Assembly: GCA_001784435.1 (NCBI GenBank)
Contig: MFQZ01000001.1
Location: 82,340-146,339 of the forward strand
Direction of reading: 5' to 3'
DNA: 64,000 nt
DNA from: Candidatus Magasanikbacteria bacterium RIFOXYC2_FULL_42_28
Lineage (GTDB): Bacteria > Patescibacteriota > Patescibacteriia > Magasanikbacterales > GWA2-37-8
The position numbers and the translations under genes were made by a program. Shown here piece by piece: positions 31,786-41,475 of this stretch. The notes beneath the pieces were generated by a model that made no database searches, was not told where the DNA came from, and saw nothing but the letters and a program-made list of their open reading frames with translations. How positions within the stretch are numbered: the first letter of the stretch is position 1; every line of letters begins with the position of its first letter.

Positions 31786-32643
31786 TCATATTTTTATACA
31801 ATTGCCAGGGATTAAATCATTTGTATTTATAGATTGATCAGTAAACCATTTTTTAGGCGCAATAACAATTTTATTTGAATTATTATTTAACCATGCTCCC
31901 CACCAACTAAACGAACTATTAGCAATGATGTCATGGCGGCACTTACTCATCAAAATCATTTCTGCCCAATCATTAAAACCCAAGGCAGAAACAATCGTTG
32001 ATTGGCCAGTCAAAGCAAGATTTTGTCTGACCCACTCTTGATCGTCAGTAAAAATATAATAGCGTGGATTGGTAACTTGTCTAGAAATCTGCCCCAGCGC
32101 CCGGCGGTAATAATCAGCAGGGCAAACGCCATGAACGGCATTAACGTGTTTAAAATTTATATAATCCGCCCGGCGAACGTGAACAGCAACGGAATTGACA
32201 CTTTTAATTTCGGCGGCCAACTCCGACATCTTTTGCGAAATAAGTTTAGGCGTAAATTCATTCCTAATTATTGACTCAATTGGTTTAAAATATTTTTCGC
32301 TTTGCCAATACCCATCCAGACGGGCGTTACTTCCAATTTTGTTAAAATTTACGTCATAGCCAAATGATTGTTCGCGCACAATTTTTCTTTTATAATATGG
32401 CTTAAATCTTTCTATCAGCCCTTTTGTTTTGCCGAATTTAAACTCCGCTAAGTCCGCCGCCGTTGCCGGTTCGGCGGTAATGTTAAAAATACCCAAAGCG
32501 TATTTTCTTTTAAAAATATCTTCTTTATCATAATAAGAAGCATCAATCTTAAGCGGAACGCCATGTCTATCTGCCAAGGCGCGCCCGGCGGCGTATTGAA
32601 ACATTTGGTTGCCAAGCCCGCCTGATAATTTAACAATGATCAT
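31786..32643 (-). CDS. GT11 alpha-1,2-fucosyltransferase
   Basis: GGLGNQMFQYA, GYWQSEKYF, VHVRRADY, NSSFSWWGAWL. Confidence 0.9.
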   Translation of the reverse strand: MIIVKLSGGLGNQMFQYAAGRALADRHGVPLKIDASYYDKEDIFKRKYALGIFNITAEPATAADLAEFKFGKTKGLIERFKPYYKRKIVREQSFGYDVNFNKIGSNARLDGYWQSEKYFKPIESIIRNEFTPKLISQKMSELAAEIKSVNSVAVHVRRADYINFKHVNAVHGVCPADYYRRALGQISRQVTNPRYYIFTDDQEWVRQNLALTGQSTIVSALGFNDWAEMILMSKCRHDIIANSSFSWWGAWLNNNSNKIVIAPKKWFTDQSINTNDLIPGNCIKI

Positions 32644-33371
32644 ACTACTTTCTTTTTAAACCAAAAACACCCACACCCATAAGATTGCTTACTAACTATA
32701 GCCAGATCAGCGCTGTTAATAAAATCGCCATTATCTAAAACCAATGAAAAATCTTTAAGCTCTAAATCGAAAAAATGCTCTATAATTTGTTCGTAAGAAT
32801 AAATCCGATGCGCGTTAAACGTCAACTTTGGTTTACCAATAGGCACGACAAATAATAAGTCACCGCCCGGAGATAAAACACGCTTTAATTCACTAATAGC
32901 TTTTAAATCGCCCGTCGGATCAATCTGGTCGCCGTAGCGACCAAGACCAATATGCTCCACCGTGTGCATGCAGGATAATGATCTGATGGAGTTATTAGCG
33001 AAAGACAATTTGGTAAGATCAGCGGATTGTGAACTTAGACCGGTTAGATTTAAACCAGCCGGACGGTAATCATAAAATTTTACCGGAATAAAAGCGGAAA
33101 TAATTGAACAAAAATGGAGCGTAGACGAAATGTCGGTGTGAACCGCCGGTTTAGTTTGAGCCAAAACGCGCGCGGCCCAAGCCGGATGGTAAATATAATG
33201 AGCGTCAAAATTTGTTTCACCGGTATTATCGTCTAAACACGGAAATTTCTCGCTCCAATTAACCGAAAAACGATCATCGTTTTGTTTTTTAAATAACTCA
33301 AACTGGCGACAAAACTCTTTTTTCGCTATTTGACGCTTAATGAATTTTTTAACTCTCAAAAACATAAACAC
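32640..33371 (-). CDS. DUF268-like SAM methyltransferase
   Basis: SLSCMHTVEHIGLGRYGD, FNAHRIY. Confidence 0.8.
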   Translation of the reverse strand: MFMFLRVKKFIKRQIAKKEFCRQFELFKKQNDDRFSVNWSEKFPCLDDNTGETNFDAHYIYHPAWAARVLAQTKPAVHTDISSTLHFCSIISAFIPVKFYDYRPAGLNLTGLSSQSADLTKLSFANNSIRSLSCMHTVEHIGLGRYGDQIDPTGDLKAISELKRVLSPGGDLLFVVPIGKPKLTFNAHRIYSYEQIIEHFFDLELKDFSLVLDNGDFINSADLAIVSKQSYGCGCFWFKKKVV

Positions 33372-33372
33372 A

Positions 33373-34767
33373 CTAGGTAATTCTTATAATGTCCGTTTTA
33401 ACCCGCATTCGGACTGTGGGACGATATTTTTTAACAAATTTTTTTAATTCCGCGAGCGTCGGATAATCATCCTTGCCGACGAATAAACGCGCATCATCAA
33501 TCAAAACAATGTGGTTTTTAATCTGGTGATTTAATATCGTGTCCAGCTCCTTATAAATCGGCGTTTCCAATTCGCCTTTGCCAGTGATACCTGCAGAATA
33601 ATGGCCATCCAGCCAAAACAAAACCGGTTCATTAATTTGTTGAAGTAAACTCGCCATAACTTTTCCGCTATCCCCCTCTATAATTGTGACCTTTTTTTCA
33701 GCGTCAAACCTTTGCTTCGCTTGTATTGCCAGCTTGGATGAAACCTCAATAGAATATAATCGCTTGAAATTCTGCAAAGTTGCAGCAATCATATCCCCTA
33801 AAAAAGTACCAGATTCAACTAGAGTATTTATGCCAAACTGACGCCGGTATTTTTTTATTATTCGCTCTTTAATAATGTGCGGAGGTGGCAGGGGCCGACC
33901 GGCCCGATACCAATCAGTGATTAACTTCATCCGAGCAAAATATCGACTACGATTGATAATTTTAAGTATTTGCTGTTTAATTTTGACTATCACTAACTTT
34001 AAACTATGCTCATAAAAACGTATATGACAAACTACTTCGAATGATAATACTTGCACGAACCAAGGTGGAACAGAAAATAACTTGTTACTAAATAAATTAA
34101 TTTTTAATTTTGGAATATTTGCTTGTAATTGTTCAATTACAATCGGCATAGCCTTTTGCGATAAATGAATACGGTCGGCGTAATATTTAAGATTGGTCAA
34201 ACCACCAACGTCGATCAAGTAATCAAAAATTGAAATAAAAAAAACGTTATCATTTTTTGCTAATTCTTTTAAATAATTATTAAAAATTTTGGTTGCTTCG
34301 TTACGCTCCAAACAAGTGCCATGGGCGGCGTAATCGGGCTCCACAATATTGCCATCTATGGTTGAAGCAATTACTCCCCAGACAATGACACTGTAGCCGC
34401 ACCGCTTGATTTCCTTAACAACCGACCAATAATGATCCACGCATTCTTTTACGACCTCACCCAACGGACGACTCTGAAACTGCGCCTGCTTTAATAAATG
34501 CACGCGACAATCTATTTCGCCAAAACACAAAAGAACATTGCTGTCTTTGGGTATCGTGGATAGCGCCGCAAATAATTTTTCTCTGCCTTGGGTGCTAGAA
34601 TTTTGCTTGGTTAAATTATAAGCAGTTACCGGACCCAACCGATAAGTTTTAAACAGCGGAATACTATCGTAAGATTCTTCGGGCCAAATTGGCTGGATAT
34701 CATCGGTACCAGAAAAAAAGCTCGCATGGCTGTCTCCAATACAATAAATTATATCTTTGTTCTCCAT
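33373..34767 (-). CDS. SGNH/GDSL-like domain fused to a methyltransferase-like domain
   Basis: IGDSHA, FGEIDCR, DRIHL; then VESGTFLGD, IEGDS, FWLDGH, IDD. Confidence 0.65.
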   Translation of the reverse strand: MENKDIIYCIGDSHASFFSGTDDIQPIWPEESYDSIPLFKTYRLGPVTAYNLTKQNSSTQGREKLFAALSTIPKDSNVLLCFGEIDCRVHLLKQAQFQSRPLGEVVKECVDHYWSVVKEIKRCGYSVIVWGVIASTIDGNIVEPDYAAHGTCLERNEATKIFNNYLKELAKNDNVFFISIFDYLIDVGGLTNLKYYADRIHLSQKAMPIVIEQLQANIPKLKINLFSNKLFSVPPWFVQVLSFEVVCHIRFYEHSLKLVIVKIKQQILKIINRSRYFARMKLITDWYRAGRPLPPPHIIKERIIKKYRRQFGINTLVESGTFLGDMIAATLQNFKRLYSIEVSSKLAIQAKQRFDAEKKVTIIEGDSGKVMASLLQQINEPVLFWLDGHYSAGITGKGELETPIYKELDTILNHQIKNHIVLIDDARLFVGKDDYPTLAELKKFVKKYRPTVRMRVKTDIIRIT

Positions 34768-34770
34768 AAA

Positions 34771-36039
34771 CTAAAATAAAACTTTCCAAATGGCCTTTTT
34801 GTCAACCACACCCAAACGCTGGTCAAATATTTGGCCATTAGCAAAAAAATTATCAATTTCAAATGTTAAACAATAATCAACCCAATCGGCAAAATCAATC
34901 CCCGTCCCCTGGTGTCTGAATACACCCATGGACACGCTATACTTGCCCGGTAGAAGCCCCAACTCATTAAAATCAATCGCTAAACGGTGGCGCCCGATAT
35001 CCTGACCACTAACGATGCCGGTGTCTTTTTGAAATGAACTGATAATTTGTTTACCCTCGCGATCGGAAAAAAATACCCAAAAAGAAATATCCGACCGAGT
35101 GCTATCTTTCACCTCGTAATCCACGGACAATCTGATTGATTCATTAATGGCAAAGGTTGTCTTCTTAACGTTATCGGTCGCGTCTTCCATAGACACGGTA
35201 TTTATCAACACCGAGCCATTACCCTTAACATGATCACGCCCTTTAATCTCCACCGCCGCCGCTGAATTGCTAATGGACATATACTCATCCACGATACGAT
35301 TGGTGTCCCCGATTGATTTAATTTTGCCGTCCTCTAGCAATATACAACGATTGCAAAGCCCCCTGATCGCTCCCATATTGTGACTTACAAATATCACCGT
35401 CCTCCCCTCTTTGGTAGTAACTTCTTTCATGCGTCCCAAACATTTTTTCTGAAAATCAATATCGCCAACGGCCAGAACCTCATCTACTATCAATATGTCC
35501 GGCTCCAGGTGGGCGGCGACGGCGAAAGCCAAACGCACATACATGCCGCTGGAATAACGTTTAACCGGTGTATCTAAAAATTTTTCAATGCCGGCAAAAT
35601 CGACAATCGCATCAAATTTCTTCTTGATTTCATTTTTCTTCATCCCCAAAATCGCTCCGTTTAAAAAAACATTCTCGCGCCCGGTCAATTCTGGGTGAAA
35701 ACCGGTACCAACCTCCAGCAAACTCCCCACCCGCCCGCGCAATTTAATTTCGCCGGTAGTTGGGGGAGTAATTTGAGAAAGAATTTTTAATAAGGTACTT
35801 TTGCCGGCGCCATTACGACCGATAACTCCAAGCACATCGCCTTTTTCCACCTGAAAATTAATATTTTCCAAGGCCCAAAAAGAATTCTGGTCGTTTGCCT
35901 TATTGCCGTGAACTTTACCGGTAAACCATCTTTGCGGAGCCCTAATTATATTAGCCAGAACATCCCGCAAAGCCACATAACCTTGGCGTTCGCCAATATT
36001 ATATCGTTTGCCAAGATTATTTACTTCAATAATTGACAT
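34771..36039 (-). CDS. wzt: Polysaccharide ABC exporter ATPase with C-terminal carbohydrate-binding domain
   Basis: GRNGAGKST, YSSGMYVRL, DEVLAVGD; ~170-aa C-terminal extension. Confidence 0.92.
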   Translation of the reverse strand: MSIIEVNNLGKRYNIGERQGYVALRDVLANIIRAPQRWFTGKVHGNKANDQNSFWALENINFQVEKGDVLGVIGRNGAGKSTLLKILSQITPPTTGEIKLRGRVGSLLEVGTGFHPELTGRENVFLNGAILGMKKNEIKKKFDAIVDFAGIEKFLDTPVKRYSSGMYVRLAFAVAAHLEPDILIVDEVLAVGDIDFQKKCLGRMKEVTTKEGRTVIFVSHNMGAIRGLCNRCILLEDGKIKSIGDTNRIVDEYMSISNSAAAVEIKGRDHVKGNGSVLINTVSMEDATDNVKKTTFAINESIRLSVDYEVKDSTRSDISFWVFFSDREGKQIISSFQKDTGIVSGQDIGRHRLAIDFNELGLLPGKYSVSMGVFRHQGTGIDFADWVDYCLTFEIDNFFANGQIFDQRLGVVDKKAIWKVLF

Positions 36040-36043
36040 AATT

Positions 36044-37090
36044 TTATGCGTTCAATTTTAAAATTTCAATGACGGTATTAGCAAAATGTTCCGGCAAAAA
36101 CAATTTAAACTTCTCACTACCCAGATATTTCTCCCCGGCTTTAAGATACGTCTGATAGTCGCCCTCGCTGATACCAATCAAAAAATCCGCCAACTCCTTG
36201 TTACTTTTAAATTTACGACGATCAATAAAGGATTCCTGATCGACATAATCATTTATATTAGGAGCCCCCCAATAAATCGGCACCGTGCCGGCGCGCAGAC
36301 AATCAAAAATCTTTTCGGTCACATAGCCCGATTCGCCACGCAAATTTTCGTAAGCCAGAGCAAATTTATACTTGGGCATAATCGCCATTTTACTTTTTAC
36401 CGGCCCGCGATAGCACGCGAATTCATGATCATAGTCGCGCGCATCCTTATTCCAACCCACGCCAAACAAATCAAAATCATTAGGAAAATTTTTATCAAAA
36501 TATTCAATTGTTTCGCGCCGTTCTGAATATAGCTCTCTTTTAAAACTAGAACTTTTGTTAATAGAAACATTTACCAAAAGTTTTTTATTTTTAAATGGAA
36601 CAACTTGCTTAATTTTCTCTTGCCGCGCGATGGGCAGAAAAAATTTAAAAAACTTTTTATTATCTACAAAACTATCATCCCAGGTTAAAATTTTATTAAA
36701 CTGAATATGCATATATCTATTATAATTGCCAGGACACACCGCCTGCCCTTCCCATAAAACTAAAACCATTTTATTTAACATGCCTTTAGAGACGCATTCA
36801 TCATAAAATTTAGTTTTAACTAAAATATTTTTTTTGCCAAAAATTAAGTGTTTTAACCAGCGAATTTTACCTTTTAAACCACCATAGTGGACAATGTATG
36901 GAGCTGTTAAAAACAAGATTGCTTCACAATCGGAAACTCTGTCGTATTCATTAACCAATTTTACTTCATAACCCAATTGATTAATTCGCTCTTTTAAATA
37001 TATAAAAGGATCGTTGCAATTATCCCTGACTGTGGAATTAAATATCTCGTCATTTGCCCCTTTATTTTGATAAAATAAAACCGTTTTCAT
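36044..37090 (-). CDS. GT10 fucosyltransferase-like
   Basis: YKFALAYEN, GYVTEKIFD, VPIYWG. Confidence 0.85.
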   Translation of the reverse strand: MKTVLFYQNKGANDEIFNSTVRDNCNDPFIYLKERINQLGYEVKLVNEYDRVSDCEAILFLTAPYIVHYGGLKGKIRWLKHLIFGKKNILVKTKFYDECVSKGMLNKMVLVLWEGQAVCPGNYNRYMHIQFNKILTWDDSFVDNKKFFKFFLPIARQEKIKQVVPFKNKKLLVNVSINKSSSFKRELYSERRETIEYFDKNFPNDFDLFGVGWNKDARDYDHEFACYRGPVKSKMAIMPKYKFALAYENLRGESGYVTEKIFDCLRAGTVPIYWGAPNINDYVDQESFIDRRKFKSNKELADFLIGISEGDYQTYLKAGEKYLGSEKFKLFLPEHFANTVIEILKLNA

Positions 37091-37093
37091 AAT

Positions 37094-37561
37094 TTATTTA
37101 AACCGACGATATTTAAAACCCTGGCCTGCCAATATTTTTTGAATGTATAAATGATAACTTTTAGAATTACAATCCGCCCAGCGCCAACCGCCGTGATCCC
37201 AATCAACAGCCGGTTCTCGATTGTCTATCTGCTTCAATTCAACAATAATATTTATAGTGTGAATATCAAACTGCATATCTTCTGTTTTTTTAAAATAGGT
37301 GCTAGTCACTTGTGATATCTTTTTAAAACTACAAGACAAACCAACTTCTCCGCGCGCTTTGCGTCTAGCCGCGCGCTCAATTGTTTCGGTCTTAAATATT
37401 CTACCACCGGGCAACCACCATTCCCCTTTAGCGGGATTATTTTTTCTTTTTACCAACAAAATTTTTTTACCGCGTTTAATTAACAAATCAACACAGACAA
37501 TCGGCATTAAACGCAGTATTTTATCGTACAGATTTTTTTTAATTGGTTTAATTTGAGCCAT
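37094..37561 (-). CDS. NUDIX GDP-mannose mannosyl hydrolase-like
   Basis: PIVCVD, RKNNPAKGEWWLPGGRI..ET..AARRKARGEVG. Confidence 0.75.
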   Translation of the reverse strand: MAQIKPIKKNLYDKILRLMPIVCVDLLIKRGKKILLVKRKNNPAKGEWWLPGGRIFKTETIERAARRKARGEVGLSCSFKKISQVTSTYFKKTEDMQFDIHTINIIVELKQIDNREPAVDWDHGGWRWADCNSKSYHLYIQKILAGQGFKYRRFK

Positions 37562-37563
37562 AA

Positions 37564-38387
37564 TTAAGCGTTATTAACATCGCTCAGCAATTGTGAATAG
37601 TATTTGAGTGGCTCAAACGGCAATTCACGCGATGAAACAATCATTAGATGCGGTTTATTTTGATATTCCGGCGCTCTTCTAATGTAAAAATATATCGATT
37701 GCCAAGGTAACATTCCATTGTTAAACATATATTTTATATCTTCCATAAATGGATGATTTGACCAATTTTCCATTAGGACAACCTGTTCTGATGCTAATTT
37801 AAAAAGATTTGATAAGGCGACCAAATGTCCATTGCCAGTTTTTATATGCATTATAACCGCTTGCGTAAAAGCTACATCAACTAACGGCAACTTAGAGGAG
37901 AGTGGCATGGTCATATCAAAGTTCTGCACTTTCCCTTTAAGCGATGGCGACCGTTCCACACAATAATCCAACTGCGCCTGCCCTCTGTCTACGCCATAAC
38001 TATCAATTTTAGGATCTAAAATATTTAAATTATATAAATGATCTCCGCCGCCGACTCCGCATTCAACAATTTTGGCCGGTTTTAGCAATAAAACTGTTTC
38101 ATACAACAACCTGTGGTTTGGATGCAAAGTTAAAATATTCGATTTTTTTGTCAAAACCTGATTTTCCATCACATAATCCCCCCCCCCTCTTTAAGTTTTA
38201 GCGTATTAAATAATACTCCATTCTCCATTTCATTACGGTAATGATCATTATATGTTACCCAATTAAAATCATCATCCGGTGCATTTTTAAGCTTATTTTT
38301 AGTAACATAACTAAAATCGGGCGAACCTATTTTTATTCCAAACAAATTAAACACGTACTTAATTGTTGATTTTATTTTTTTTAACAT
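37564..38387 (-). pseudogene. SAM methyltransferase frameshifted at a G10 tract (5' ORF 38169-38387, 3' ORF 37564-38172)
   Basis: 3' ORF has VECGVGGG and FTQAVIMHI; G8 or G11 joins both parts into one ~274-aa frame. Confidence 0.75.
38178..38187 (-). repeat. G10 homopolymer tract
   Basis: C10 on the + strand; longest G/C run noticed in the window. Confidence 0.95.
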
Positions 38388-38404
38388 AATTTCGTGTTAA
38401 ATAA

Positions 38405-39562
38405 TTAATTATTAAAGATTTCGTTTATAATTTTTCCTAGCAATTTTATCCTCTCGGCATTGACGAACTGATTGTTGCCAATATAAAAACCGTTTTGATG
38501 AACAATTTCCGCGTTGGGAAAATTTTTAAAATCGCCGTATTGCTTAAGGCAGGGCTGACGGAGTAGATTAGCGCCGATTATCGGACGCGTTTCAACCTCG
38601 TTTAATTCTAACTCCCGTTTAAGCTTTTCGCTGTCCGATTGACTCTTAAAAATAAACGGCAAACAAAATGATGAAATACCGGGATTGTCAATCAAAAATA
38701 ATTTATCGGCAATCGGCCTAATAACCTCTAAATAGTTTTGATGATTAGCATTCCTCGTAGCAATATAGCGATCTAAATGCTTAAGTTGTTCACTGCCAAT
38801 GACCGCATGAAGTTCAGTATTGCGAACATTATAGCCCTTGGTTAAAAACAAAAAGTTAAAATTTATGTCAGGATATAAATTTTTAAATTTTTGATGTTTG
38901 GCAATGGCCAATTCGCGCGCTAAACCGTGTGAGCGTTTTAAAATAAACAAGTCATTCAATTCTTCATTGGCCGTGCAAATCATCCCGCCTTCTACCGTGG
39001 TGATATGATGACCCCAATAAAAACTAAAGGTGCTGGCTAAGCTTAGGTTGCCAACTTTTACATCCCCGTGCTTGGCGCCATGTGACTCGCAACAATCTTC
39101 AAGCACTATTAAATTATGCGCCTTGGCAAAAGCGGAAATTTTAGTCATATCCGCCGGTAAACCGATAAGATGCGTAACAAAAATTATTTTAGTTTTTGGG
39201 GTTATTGCTTTTTCCAGTTTATCATAATCAAACGATAAATCCGTTAAATTCACATCTACAAATACCGGCTTTAAACCAACTTGGATTACCGAAGTGACAG
39301 TAGTAATCCAAGTAACGGCCGGAACCAACACTTCGGAATAATCCGGTAAGTTATATAATTCTTTTACCGCGTCCAGCATTAACAGATCGGCGGAACTTCC
39401 GGAATTGACAAATGTTGAATAATTACAGCCCTGCCAAGCATTCCAGTCGCTTTCAAACTGTTTAACTTTTTCAAACTGCGTAAAACGATCGGTAGAATTG
39501 ATAAAGTTCATTAAAATTTGCTTATCGTTTGCTTCCAGAATATTTTCTTGCAACTTCCACAT
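38405..39562 (-). CDS. ColD-like PLP-dependent NDP-4-keto-6-deoxyhexose 3-dehydratase
   Basis: NSGSSA, EDCCES, FSFYWGHHITTVEGG (His at the PLP-Lys position); no Fe-S cysteine motif. Confidence 0.75.
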   Translation of the reverse strand: MWKLQENILEANDKQILMNFINSTDRFTQFEKVKQFESDWNAWQGCNYSTFVNSGSSADLLMLDAVKELYNLPDYSEVLVPAVTWITTVTSVIQVGLKPVFVDVNLTDLSFDYDKLEKAITPKTKIIFVTHLIGLPADMTKISAFAKAHNLIVLEDCCESHGAKHGDVKVGNLSLASTFSFYWGHHITTVEGGMICTANEELNDLFILKRSHGLARELAIAKHQKFKNLYPDINFNFLFLTKGYNVRNTELHAVIGSEQLKHLDRYIATRNANHQNYLEVIRPIADKLFLIDNPGISSFCLPFIFKSQSDSEKLKRELELNEVETRPIIGANLLRQPCLKQYGDFKNFPNAEIVHQNGFYIGNNQFVNAERIKLLGKIINEIFNN

Positions 39563-39563
39563 A

Positions 39564-40595
39564 TTATTTGGCGTTTAATAATAATTTTACCCAGCTGATT
39601 GTTTTGTTTAAACCGTCTTTAAAATTAAGATAATTTATTTTATTAAATTGTTTTTCATATTTATTCATATCTACCGAAACATTTTGGGGCGATCCTGGTA
39701 AACCAACGGCGGATTTCGGAAAGTTTACCGGAACATTTAAGTTAACGCCAATTTGTTTTGCTAATTCAGCGATGGTTACCGATGATACGCCGCCTACATT
39801 ATAAACTAATTCAGTTCCAGCAAATAAAATCTTAAGCATTACCGCTACCGCATCGGCCACATAACAATAAGTCCTAACTGCCTCGCCTTTATCAAGTAAT
39901 TCAATTTTGCCATTGTTTAAAGCTTTTTCAATAAAGCTAGTCATGGCTCGCTGATCGCCCGGCCTGGTGCCGGGCCCATAGGCAAGCGATAACCGGGCAA
40001 CTTTTGCCTTTACGCCTTTGCTACGGTAACTGGCGCATATCGCCTCGCCAGCACGTTTGCCTTCTATATAACAATAGCGGGGGTGATCCGTACTGACGCT
40101 ACCAATATCGCTTTCTTTAAACGGGCCTTTGGGCAGACCGCTATAAATTTCACTGCTACCAACAAACAAAAATTTTCCGTCAGTTTTTAATTTATCTAAT
40201 AAATAAAATGTTGATAAGGTATTTATTTTTAAAGTACGGGTTTGATCTTGTAAAAATTTACCCGGCTGAGCGTACCCAGCGGCATGAATTATATAATCGG
40301 CCTCAGGTAAAGATTCACAAAAATTTTGATCCGTTAAATCACCACTGATAAACTCTGCCTTGACGAGACGCAATAATTCTTGATAATACTCTACCGGCGC
40401 GCTATGAGCTATCGCAATCAACCTGGTATTTAATTTATTATTTTTTATTAAATTAATCAGGGCGGCGACAAAATACGTTCCAACCATGCCCGTTGCTCCG
40501 GAAATTAAAATTGTTTTATCGGCAAAATCAGCCGGATTCAGTTGGTTGGCAATTAATTCCGCGTCTTTTAGCAAGTATTCGGTCAATTGGTTCAT
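39564..40595 (-). CDS. NAD-dependent epimerase/dehydratase (SDR)
   Basis: SGATGMVG, SSEIYS, PRYCYIEGKR. Confidence 0.8.
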   Translation of the reverse strand: MNQLTEYLLKDAELIANQLNPADFADKTILISGATGMVGTYFVAALINLIKNNKLNTRLIAIAHSAPVEYYQELLRLVKAEFISGDLTDQNFCESLPEADYIIHAAGYAQPGKFLQDQTRTLKINTLSTFYLLDKLKTDGKFLFVGSSEIYSGLPKGPFKESDIGSVSTDHPRYCYIEGKRAGEAICASYRSKGVKAKVARLSLAYGPGTRPGDQRAMTSFIEKALNNGKIELLDKGEAVRTYCYVADAVAVMLKILFAGTELVYNVGGVSSVTIAELAKQIGVNLNVPVNFPKSAVGLPGSPQNVSVDMNKYEKQFNKINYLNFKDGLNKTISWVKLLLNAK

Positions 40596-41473
40596 AAAGC
40601 AATTAATCTCTCAACTTTTTGTTTTATATTTTCCGCAGTAAAACCCAGCTCTTTATCATGCTCTTCGGCTTTACCATAATTAGTTAAAAATTGCCGTGGC
40701 ACGCCGATTTGTTTTATTACTACCGAATTTGGATAAACTGCTTCCAAAATTTTAGGTGCCAATACGCCACTATAATAAGGCTCACAAACGATAATTTTTC
40801 CGCTCTGGCTATTTTGGCGTACTGCTTCCACGTCAAAAGGAAATACCGTGGTGTAATATAAAATAGTCACATCCAAATCTTGGCAGGCGGCCAACACCGG
40901 TTTTAACATGGAGCCAACCGCAATAACCGTGGCTAACTTGCCTTGTTTAACCAGGTGAGCTTTACCAAATTCTATATTATAACTTTGCTCATTTTGCCTT
41001 TCGCTTAAACGGAAATAAGTGGGGTGGCCGTTGGTGTATGTTTGTTTAAATAGTGTGTCGAATTCTTGAGCGGTGCTGGGCAAAATAATTTCCATGCCGG
41101 GGATATTGCTTAAAATTCCCACATCGGCCGGGCAATGGTGTGTGCAACCCAACGCGGCATAATCGTAAGAAGCGCCAACACTAATGAAATTACCGCCCAA
41201 TTTCTGATAACCAAAATCATCTTTCAGTTGTTCGTAAGCCCGTTCTACTAAAAAGGGGGCGATGGTATGCACGACCGGTATCAGTCCGCTCATCGACAGG
41301 CCGGCTGATAAACTGATCGTCGATTGCTCTAAAATGCCGATGTTGAAAACTCTTTCCGGATACAATTTAAACGCCTCCCGAAAACCCCACACTCCAATAT
41401 CACCAAGCAAAAGCACAACATTGTCATCTGTCGCTAATATCGATTGGACGGTTTTTACCAACTGTTTTCTCAT
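40592..41473 (-). CDS. Split transketolase, C-terminal subunit
   Basis: FNIGILEQ, ERAYEQ, LGCTHH. Confidence 0.85.
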   Translation of the reverse strand: MRKQLVKTVQSILATDDNVVLLLGDIGVWGFREAFKLYPERVFNIGILEQSTISLSAGLSMSGLIPVVHTIAPFLVERAYEQLKDDFGYQKLGGNFISVGASYDYAALGCTHHCPADVGILSNIPGMEIILPSTAQEFDTLFKQTYTNGHPTYFRLSERQNEQSYNIEFGKAHLVKQGKLATVIAVGSMLKPVLAACQDLDVTILYYTTVFPFDVEAVRQNSQSGKIIVCEPYYSGVLAPKILEAVYPNSVVIKQIGVPRQFLTNYGKAEEHDKELGFTAENIKQKVERLIAL

Positions 41474-41475
41474 AT

